A DNA stretch of 23,918 bases from Macrostomum lignano (taxonomy: Eukaryota), in assembly GCA_002269645.1 (NCBI GenBank), contig NIVC01005167.1, positions 1 to 23,918 on the forward strand. Reading direction: 5' to 3'. Shown one piece after another: positions 1 through 8,868 of the stretch; the stretch's first letter is position 1; each line of letters starts with the position of its first letter. Below the pieces are notes generated by a model. That model did not search any database. It had not been told where the DNA came from and saw only the letters and a program-made list of their open reading frames with translations. A program made the position numbers and the translations under genes.

Positions 1-640
1 TTATTTTTTATATCAACAATTTCAAGACTATTTAGTTTAAGACTACTTGTAATTGATTCACATAAAAATAGTTTTTTGTAAATAATTTGACCAAAATGAG
101 AAAATGCTGGTTTAAATAAAAATAGCTCTACTAAGCTCTCTTATATAAGATTTATGCTTTTGTTAACAATTAGATTTTTAAAATAGACTCTACTTTAGTT
201 TATATTATTTTTATTGAAAAAATCATCCCTGTTGCCTTAATTTGCGAAAAATCGTTAACAGTATGATTTTGCCAAAAAGTCGGTCAACTAATGAGGTTCA
301 TTTTTAGTATATAGATTTATTTCATATATTTTTATTAAACATTATATTTTTCAAATCAAAACAAGCAAACAATTAGAATGATTTTAACTAGCTTAACAAG
401 TTTAATAAGTTTATATAAAGTGATAAATTTTGTGAATATTTTGTTTTTCTATGCATTAATTAAGGTTATAATTGCTGAAAAACTTTTAAGTTGAGCTTAG
501 AATTTTATTTAAATAATCTCAATCAAGAAAAATTACTTTCCTGTTTTTGTCACTGTTTTATACTACTTTATATGTGCTCTTGTGAGCTTCAAATAATCCT
601 ACCTCACATACCCCCCAACACTAATTTTCATTGCAATCAG

Positions 641-948
641 GAGGCCTCAACATACTACTCGCTACGAGGGGCTGACATCGCCCCGTCTTGTCCTGCGTCA
701 GCCGCAGCCACTGCCGCTGGCGCAGCCGGCTCGGCGCATGAGTTCATCGATTTTGAATTCTCCGATTCGGACACCTACTCTGCCGAGATTGCCGAGCTCT
801 ACAGCTACTCGAGGAGAGCGAGCTCGCGGAGAACTATCGCTGTTTTAGTCGGCTGTTCGCTCAACGAAGGAGATTGGCTGGTCGATGGCTGGACACAGAC
901 GACGAGGAGAGGAGCGGCTTCATACAGGGACTGCTGGACGGACTGGAG
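641..948 (+). CDS. STRIP1: STRIP first visible coding exon (contains apparent -1 frameshift at 809-811)
   Basis: Acceptor ctaattttcattgcaatcag|641. Reads EASTYY...AELYSYS in one frame, then EESELAENYRCF...GLLDGLE in the frame starting at 811. Donor gtaaga at 949. Confidence 0.85.
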
Positions 949-2548
949 GTAAGAACAGAGAAGTGACAGGATGGGGAAGTGACAGAATTCAGAAGTGACA
1001 GAATGGGGAAGTGATAGAATGGGGAAGTGACAGAATGTAGAAGTGACAGAATGGGGAAGTGACAGAATGTAGAAGTGACAGAATGGGGAAGTGAAAGAAT
1101 GGGGAAGTGACAGAATGGGGAAGTGACAGAATGGGGAAGTGCCAGAATGTAGAAGTGACAGAATGGGGAAGTGACAGAATGGGAAGTGACAAAATGGGGA
1201 AGTGACAGAATGGGAAGTGAAAAAATGGGGAAGTGACAGAATGGGGAAGTGAGAGAATGGAGAAGTGACAGGATGGGGAAGTGACAGAATGGGGAAGTGA
1301 CAAAATGGGGAAGTGACAGAATGGGAAGTGAAAAAATGGGGAAGTGACAGAATGGGGAAGTGAGAGAATGGAGAAGTGACAGGATGGGGAAGTGACAGAA
1401 TGGGGAAGTGACAGAATGTAGAAGTGACAGAATAGGGAAGTGACAGAATGTAGAAGTGACAGAAAGGGGAAGTGACAGAATGGTGAAGTGACAGAATGGG
1501 GAAGTGACAAAATGGGGAAGTGACAGAATGTGGAAGTGGCAGAATGTGGAAGTTACAGAATGTAGAAGTGACAGAATGTAGAAGTGACAAAATGGGGAAG
1601 TGACGGGATGGGGAAGTGATAGTATGGGGAAGTGACAGAATGGGGAAGTGACAAAATGGGGAAGTGACGGGAAGGGAAAATATTGACAGAATGGGGAGGT
1701 GACAAAATGGGGAAGTGACGGGAAGGGAAAATATTGACAGAATGGGGAAGTGACGGGAAGGGAAAAAATTGACAGAATGGGGAGGTGACGGGAAGGGAAA
1801 AAATGACAGAATGGGGAAGTGACGGGAAGGGAAAGATGGAGAGAATGGGAAATTGACAGAATGGGGAAGTGACAGTATGGGGAAGTGACAGAATGGGGAA
1901 GTGACGGGAAGGGAAAATATTGACAGAATGGGGAAGTGACGGGAAGGGAAAATATTGACAGAATGGGGAAGTGACGGGAAGGGAAAAAATGACAGAATGG
2001 GGAGGTGACGGGAAGGGAAAAAAATGACAGAATGGGGAAGTGACGGGAAGGGAAAGATGGAGAGAATGGGAAATTGACAGAATGGGGAAGTGACAGTATG
2101 GGGAAGTGACAGAATGGGGAAGTGACAGAATGGGAAATTGACAGAATGAAGAAGTGACAGAATGGGGAAGTGACGGGACGGGAAAATATTAAATGGAGTA
2201 AAAATTGACATATTGGGAGGAGTGACAGGATGGGGGACAGTGGAGGTACGTGGCGATACGAGCGTACGTATATACTTTGTAAAAACTTTATACTTAAGTG
2301 TAACAAATACGGCTTACGGCTTTCTATTTGTTAAACACTCAGGAGAGCCCAGCGGGTCCCCAGCGCCAGTCGCTTCTCCGAGGCCTGTTGTACCTGGCCC
2401 AGGGGGTGTGGGCCGAGTGCCAGGTGCCAGCTGATCAGCTGAGCTGGGCCTGGCGCAACTGCAGGCTGCTGATATGCAAGGACGCATTTGCTGCAGCATG
2501 GAGTCTGCTGTCTGATGCTGCATCTGCGGAGGCTGAGCCGCCGAAGAC

Positions 2549-2586
<38 letters not shown>

Positions 2587-5500
2587 CTGACAGTTGCGCA
2601 GAGCTGCGAGTGCTGCTGAATTTAATGTACACTCTGCTTGAGACTGCTAGGTGAGCAGGTTACCTTATGCTACTTAATGTACTGGTATAGTAGCTGATTA
2701 GGGAAATTGTTAATTTAATTTAAAATTTATTCAAAAATTACTTTTTATAACTGCATTTCTGATACTGACTACGTTCGTAGAAGCTTAATATCAATCTTAC
2801 GTCATAATTCCAACTTCAACTCTCACATTATCGCCCTAATGCTCCAACACCCTAACAGACACTCAAACCCTATAACATAACTGCCCAACACCAAAACGCC
2901 CCAACACCCCAACGCCCAACACCCCAACGCCCCAAAACCCCAACGCCCCAACACCCCAACGCCCCAACACCCCAACGCCCCAACACCCCAACGCCCCAAC
3001 ACCCCAACGCCCCAACGCCCAACACCCCAATGCCCAAACACCCTAACAACCCCTATGACACAACTGCCCAACACCCAAACGCCTCACCACCCCAACACCC
3101 CAAAACCCTAACACCCTAACGCCCCAACACCCCAAAACCCCTATTCCCCAACGCCCTAACGTCCCAACACCACAACAACCCCTATGCCCAAAGCTCCAAT
3201 ACCCTAACGCCCCACCGACCCAACTTCCCAACACTAAAAAGCTTGAAAGATTGGCGCCCCAAACCCCGAACCCGGAACTCTTCGTTCACCACACCCAATC
3301 CGTCCCTACTCCAGAGCTCACCCGGAAGCGGAGTGCTCAGTCAGGGAGAAGCTGCTTAGCGATCTGCTCGACCCCAGTCAAGCCGAACCCTTGCCAGTGC
3401 TCCTGCTCAACATGGTGACAAAGTTCTGCGCTGGTCAGTTCAGCCAACAGTTCCCGGTGAAGAAGGCTCTCCTGCTGCTGTGGAAGGCCAGCCTGCTCAC
3501 CCTCGGCCCTCTAGCCGACATTCACGAGCGTCGGAATGCGGCGCGTCGAGCAGCCGGGCTGTCGCCAATCGCCGAAGATACTCAGCGAGTTTGTCGCGCT
3601 ATGCGGCCGTGCAGTCCGCCTCCACCGTCGGGTGTGGACGGAGCAGATCCGCAGCAGCAGAATCTGGTGTTTGTCATGCCGAGGCGCGGGGCCGGCAGAA
3701 AGTCGGCTGCTGCATCTTCAGCGGCGGCCGCTGCTGCGGCTGCTGCTGCTGCTGCTGCTGCATCGTCGTCTTCTGCAGGAGCACAGGATCCTACTGATCT
3801 TGCTGATAAAAGAAATGAACAATCGGAGCAGCGCAAACGACTATTACCATGGCAACCGAAAGTTTCACAGCGAGAGTTACAGGTAGTTAATTTGTAATAT
3901 TGTATATCGCTAATTGAAATATGTTTTCAAGTTTTTTTACCGAAAGTTTGTCCGTTTATGGAGTAAAATACCAGAATTTATTTCTTATGAAAATTATTTT
4001 AGATTTTGTACATTGAGGGGTAAAAAAGAAGTTTAGACTGTGCGTACAATGGGGGTAAGGAAAGAATTTTCTAGACTGCGCGTACAAGGGGGGTAGAAAA
4101 GAATTTTCTAGACTGCGCGTGCATTGGGGGTAAGGAAAAAGTTTAGAGCGTGTGTACATTCGGGGTAAGGAAAGAAGCTTCTAGATTGTGCGTACAATTG
4201 GGGTAAGGAAAGAAGTTTCTAGACTGTGCGTACACTTAGGGTAAAGAAAGAAGTTTCTAGACTGCGCGTACAATGGGGGTAGGAAAGAGTCCAGAGCGTG
4301 TGTACATTCGGGGTAAGGAAATCGGTTTGCGCGTGCTGCGTACATTAAGAGCTGTTTAAGGCTTGCGCCTCGAAGTCAACCCTAGCCAATTTTATTATCA
4401 AATCAATTAGCACTATCTGAGATGAATCAAAATGCAATTAAACCTTTCCAGGCCTACCTGCATCAGGTGCGCGAAAAATTTCTTGGCGCTAGAGCAGCCG
4501 CAGCCGCCGCAGGCGACACCGACAGCCTCGCCGGTCTGCCCCGGCCGATCCACGAGAGTGTCGCTGTGCTGAAGGCGCACCTGTACATCAGTCTGGCCGA
4601 GCTGCAGATGAAACGCGAAGACGAGATCGCCCGGTACCCGATGACCAAGGGCCGTTCCGAGAGGGTTGAGTGTACACCAGCCGAGCTGCTGTACAGAGCT
4701 ATGCTGCCCAGCGTTCCGCAGTACATGATTGCTCTGCTGAAGGTTTGACCGCCGACTGCTGGGTCTTTAATCGTTTGGTACATCTGTTAGTTAGTTAATT
4801 AGCTCTTAGGATGGGTTCTTAAAACGACAGTACGACGTCCAGAGTCCAGAGTTTTTGTCGCGACTTTTTGCACTCAAGTCTAGGTTAATTATTGCATCAA
4901 CTCGAAATGAAATCTAGTGCATCTGCATCTAAATTCATATTAAATACATCTGGAACCCAGATTTAAGTACACCTGTACTTGAAATCAGTTTAGAGTAAAC
5001 CTGAACTCGAACTCAAATTTAAGTACACGTAAACTTTGTGATAACTTTATTAACCGAGGCAGAAGTATAGAATTGCAGGAGTTGAGAAAGGTGCTCGCTT
5101 GAGAGCTAGGCTGACAATATTTATTTTGATTAGTAATGAGGTGGTGGGTGCAGACAGATTTAATCGCGCGCATGGGGTGGGGTTTGAATACAAAACCAAA
5201 CAAATCTCTAAGCCGGTCAATAAAAATCTCCACTGCTAGTGAGTCAACACTTCAGTGCATGCAACCTATAGCAAAGTTCAACGTGTCACTATGTCACAAA
5301 CTTGAACTCAAATTAAGGTACACGTGAACTTGAATTCAAATTTAAGTACAAGTGAACTTGAACTCAAATTTAAGTACAAGTGAACTCGAACTCAAATTTA
5401 AGTACACGTGAACTTGACCTTAGACATAAGTGCATCTGCACTTGAACTCAGTTCCTAAGATTCGTCCCCCCTCCACAACCTCAAAGATTCTCCTAGCAGC

Positions 5501-6856
5501 AGCGCCAACAAGTAAAAGTAAAACGGAAAGCATCAACCTGAGCATGGAGCTGCTCCAAGAAGAACTGCCTAGCAGCCTATCGAATTCTCAGAGACTCAGC
5601 ACGGACGTCAACCGGCACAAAGAAGTGATTGCCAAATCCGTCTCCGGATTTCTGCTTCTATTGTTAAAACACCTGAAACTCAGCCACGTGTACCAGTTTG
5701 AGTACATCGCCCAGCACCTGGTGTTCGCTAATTGCATCCCACTGATACTGAAGTTCTTCAATCAGAACATTGCTGGCTATGTGCAGAATTCCAATAGACT
5801 GTCCGGTTTTGAGTTTCCCGAATCCCTGTTTCGACCAGACAATTTCGAGTTGTCCGAGGATTTTGCGTCGGCCACGACTGGCTGCAGCTGGCGCAACATG
5901 TTCACCTGCTTGTGCCTGGCCAGGGTGCTGAACAAGCTCGCGAAGGCAAAGCACAGTCGCACAATGATGCTGGTTGTGTTTAAATCCGCGCCAATCATTA
6001 AACGAGCCCTGCGGGTTCGGCACCCCATGCTGCAGGTGATTTTTATTTACACGAGTCTGCGCGGAAGTAGTCTGCCCCTAGAATCTACCCCCATTATTTA
6101 CCCCAAGAGTCTACCACTAAAATCTACCCTTAAAATCTACTCTTAGATCTACCCTCATTATCTACTAATCCACCTCAAAAATTTTCTCTACGAATCTACC
6201 CCAAAAATCTACCCCAAGAATCTACCACTAGAATCTACCCCAAGAATCTACCACTAGAATCTACCCCAAGAAACTACCACTAGAATATACCCTAAGAATT
6301 TACTATTAGAATCTACCCTCATTATCTACCCCTAGAATCTTTCTCTAGAATCTTACCCCCAAGGAGTCTGCCCCATCACTACTACTACAGTAGGAAACTA
6401 CTCACAGGGCCACTCTACACGTTGTTCTACTTCTAACCACCAAATTTTCAGCTCTACCTGCTCAAGCTACTAAAGCTGCAGACTAAATACCTGGGCAGGC
6501 AGTGGCGCAAAGTCAACATGAACTTGATGTCCTGCATCTACGAGAAAGTCCGTCACCGACTCACTGACGATTGGGCCTTTGCCAACGATTTAGACGCTCG
6601 ACCTTGGGATTTTCAATCTGAGGAGTGCAGCCTGAGGAACGCTGTGGACAGGTTTAACCATAGACGGTACGGTCTGGGCGACCCAGCCCTCCCCGAAGGC
6701 TACCAACCGCTTGACAACAATTTGAGTAGCGTGCTCAGCAGAGAAGTGCCCTTGGCGCCGGACTTTTGTCACGGCGGCTACGAGATGTGGCTTGAGCAGG
6801 AAGTGTTCTCAACTCCCATTAATTGGGATCTAGTGTTGCAGACGATAGCTTATTGA
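641..6856 (+). CDS. STRIP1: Striatin-interacting protein (STRIP1/2, FAM40/Far11 family), multi-exon, 5' exon not identified; about 809 codons in window
   Basis: Joined exons 641-948, 2343-2650, 3315-3882, 4452-4742, 5487-6035, 6452-6856 give STRIP hallmarks: DFEFSDSDTYSAEIAELYSY, LRVLLNLMY, FPVKKALLLLWK, GLPRPIHES, PQYMIALLKILLAAAPTSKSK, QHLVFANCIPLILKFFNQN, KHSRTMMLVVFKSAPI, KYLGRQWRK, RHRLTDDWAFANDLDARPWDFQSEEC, WLEQEVFSTPINW. All introns are GT-AG and phase-consistent. STRIP1 versus STRIP2 cannot be distinguished; invertebrates usually have one gene. Confidence 0.95.
955..2230. repeat. Purine-rich 16-bp minisatellite (AGTGACAGAATGGGGA), changing to a ~35-bp 16+19 higher-order unit
   Basis: AGTGAC at 1026, 1042, 1058, 1074 (period 16); from ~1660 it alternates with AGTGACGGGAAGGGAAAAT. 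Confidence 0.95.
2343..2650 (+). CDS. STRIP1: STRIP exon
   Basis: cactcag|GAG; LLYLAQGVWAEC...Q11...LRVLLNLMYTLLETA; donor gtgagc, phase 2. Confidence 0.92.
2880..3235. repeat. C-rich 8-bp repeat (CCCCAACR)n
   Basis: ccccaacg/ccccaaca run in the STRIP intron, with degenerate accctaac units at the edges. Confidence 0.92.
3315..3882 (+). CDS. STRIP1: STRIP exon
   Basis: ctactccag|A; MVTKFCAG...FPVKKALLLLWK...LPWQPKVSQRELQ; donor gtagtt, phase 0. Confidence 0.92.
4005..4345. repeat. ~38-bp minisatellite (TAGACTGCGCGTACAATGGGGGTAAGGAAAGAA...), about 8-9 copies
   Basis: Units at ~4034, 4072, 4109, 4144, 4182, 4220, 4258, 4293. Confidence 0.9.
4452..4742 (+). CDS. STRIP1: STRIP exon
   Basis: ctttccag|GCC; GLPRPIHES...PQYMIALLK; donor gtttga. 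Confidence 0.93.
5297..5418. repeat. 28-bp tandem repeat (GAACTCAAATTTAAGTACACGTGAACTT), about 4.5 copies, with outlying copies at 4960-5035
   Basis: Unit starts at 5304, 5332, 5360, 5388. Confidence 0.9.
5487..6035 (+). CDS. STRIP1: STRIP exon
   Basis: tcaaag|ATT; ILLAAAPTSK...HPMLQ; donor gtgatt. Confidence 0.93.
6070..6375. repeat. Degenerate 13-bp repeat (GAATCTACCCCAA/GAATCTACCACTA)
   Basis: Recurrent AATCTACC core throughout the last STRIP intron. Confidence 0.88.
6452..6856 (+). CDS. STRIP1: STRIP terminal coding exon
   Basis: ttttcag|CTC; LYLLKLLKLQTKYLGRQWRK...DLVLQTIAY*; TGA at 6854-6856. Confidence 0.94.
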   Translation, partial: LYLLKLLKLQTKYLGRQWRKVNMNLMSCIYEKVRHRLTDDWAFANDLDARPWDFQSEECSLRNAVDRFNHRRYGLGDPALPEGYQPLDNNLSSVLSREVPLAPDFCHGGYEMWLEQEVFSTPINWDLVLQTIAY

Positions 6857-6895
6857 AGAAGGAACTTCGTGCGTTTGGAAAGTTATTTAACACTT

Positions 6896-7138
6896 GAATT
6901 CTCATTGGCTGAGAGCAATTCTTTGGTTGTCATTGGCTGAGAGCGTTTTATAGATTCTCATCGGCTGAGAGCGATTATGGATTCTCATTGGCTGAGATCG
7001 ATTTATGGATTCTCATTGGCTGAGAGCCATTTTTTATTTTTATTGGCTGAGAGCAGTTCCATGATTCTCATTGGCTGAAAGCGGTTCCTTGATTTTTATT
7101 GGCTGAGAGCGAGTCTTTGATTCTCATTGGCTGGGGGA
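6896..7138. repeat. Nine-unit array, 27-28-bp period, conserved core GATTCTCATTGGCTGAGAGC (reverse CCAAT box) with variable ~8-bp spacers
   Basis: ATTGG/ATCGG at 6904, 6932, 6960, 6987, 7015, 7042, 7070, 7098, 7126. Confidence 0.92.
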
Positions 7139-7884
7139 GATTCTTTGAAGCCTGATCGACCAGTTGATTACTTATATCTAAATATGAATCTTTATAAAAG
7201 AGATTAATAGTTATGCGTGAAGACTGACAACTTATTCTCTTTGCCTATAATTATATTTTGAATTTTTAAAAAATGCGTTAGAATATTTCCAGCGCAGTAT
7301 TTGTTGCAGCACTTTGTTAAGGAAGGAAATTTACACTTTGAAATTCCACAATTTAGTTCAATAGTCTATTAATGTCTGTTTAGTGTCACAGTGTCTTCTT
7401 TGTTCAACTTTTCCGTTTTCACGTGTCTTTTGCACTTGTTCACCTACCTAATCTCTCTTGAATTTTACACCTTTCTGTGAGCTAGCATTTGTTTTAGCGA
7501 TTATTTTTGCATGCTTTTTGTGTTGTCGTTTGAAGTATGTCGTTTTGACACTTTGCATCTAAGTCATTGTTGGCGTCTATGATTGACTTAAAAAGTTCAC
7601 TTTGAACTTTTTAATATTTTTAAATCCGTTCTATCATTCGTCCCTGTTAGTCGCTAATAACTGTTCTTAGTAGTTTCACCTCTTTCACGCAGAGTTTTGA
7701 CAGTCTCAGAGAAGTGCATTCCGTAGAAAATCTGTACTTTTCTTGTTCTCTTAGTATTTGCGGATGAGACCATATCGACAATAGTAAGCTGCAATCAGTT
7801 TCCTGTTGTGATGTTTTGCGTAAACTGTTCAGTGATTACTTTTTTCTATTATTGAATTATTTGAGATTCAGGCATTATTTAAAA

Positions 7885-8445
7885 GAGAGTAGAGAGGCAG
7901 ATTCTCAAGGACTGATGGAGAGTAGAGAGGCAGATTCTCAAGGATTGAGGGAGAGTAGAGAGGCAGATTCTCAACGATTGAGGGAGAGTAGAGAGGCAGA
8001 TTCTCAAGGATTGAGGGAGAGTAGAGAGGCAGATTCTCAAGGATTGAGGGAGAGTAGAGAGGCAGATTCTCAAGGACTGATGGAGAGTAGAGAGGCAGAT
8101 TCTCAAGGATTGAGGGAGAGTAGAGAGGCAGATTCTCAACGATTGAGGGAGAGTAGAGAGGCAGATTCTCAAGGATTGAGGGAGAGTAGAGAGGCAGATT
8201 CTCAAGGACTGATGGAGAGTAGAGAGGCAGATTCTCAAGGACTGATGGAGAGTAGAGAGGCAGATTCTCAAGGACTGATGGAGAGTAGAGAGGCAGATTC
8301 TCAAGGACTGAGGGAGAGTAGAGAGGCAGATTCTCAAGGACTGAGGGAGAGTAGAAAGGCAGATTCTCAAGGACTGATGGAGAGTAGAGAGGCAGATTCT
8401 CAAGGACTGAGGGAGAGTAGAGAGGCAGATTCTCAAGGACTGAGG
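7885..8445. repeat. Intergenic 33-bp minisatellite (GAGAGTAGAGAGGCAGATTCTCAAGGACTGATG), 17 copies
   Basis: Direct reading; ESREADSQGL(M/R) periodicity in the ORF track. Confidence 0.95.
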
Positions 8446-8648
8446 GAGAGGGAGAGAGTTTTAAGCAAGCTATATTTCAGATTTTGCTATAAAAAAGCAG
8501 CACGCACTGTACTTGCATTCCAACATACCCAAACATTTTATGCCTATTGAGTTTGTCGCGTTCTAAATAAAGTCTTCATTGCTATAGCTAGCACCTAATA
8601 AAGCGCTGTGCTTCTGCCATTGCCGATATTTTTTAGCACCAAAACAGC

Positions 8649-8868
8649 ATGGCTGAAAAGCAGCAACAGTTCGCACCGCCGCACGCAAAGCTCGGAAAAT
8701 ATGAGCACATTGTCGGTGCGCAAAAATACCCGGAGATTCGACAGCGTGGCTTCTACTCCGATGTTGTGCTTGAGACAGACCCGCAGGCCCTTGGCGACGT
8801 CATGGACGGACCGGAGCGGGATCCAAATCACATGTGGGATCTGCGGACCGCAGATCACACGCCTATGG
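8649..8868 (+). CDS. DNAH1: DNAH1 exon 1 (ATG)
   Basis: agcATGg, a good Kozak context; MAEKQQQF...DHTPM; donor gtgagg at 8869, phase 1, matches the next exon. This region is poorly conserved, so the start is less certain. Confidence 0.75.

Noticed and set aside
805-2306. Long - strand ORFs (468, 481, 173 aa; HFPILSLP repeats)
   Set aside because: Translations of the 16-bp satellite; they lie in a STRIP intron and antisense to it
3843-3856. Near-perfect X-box ATTACCATGGCAAC
   Set aside because: Lies in the STRIP coding sequence for the conserved LPW motif; probably a codon coincidence
6896-7138. CRISPR array
   Set aside because: Spacers are only ~8 nt, the context is eukaryotic, and there are no cas genes; reported as a motif array instead
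7816-8550. 244-aa ESREADSQGL repeat protein and its antisense ORF
   Set aside because: A stop-free 33-bp VNTR with a TTG start and no unique coding flanks or splice support
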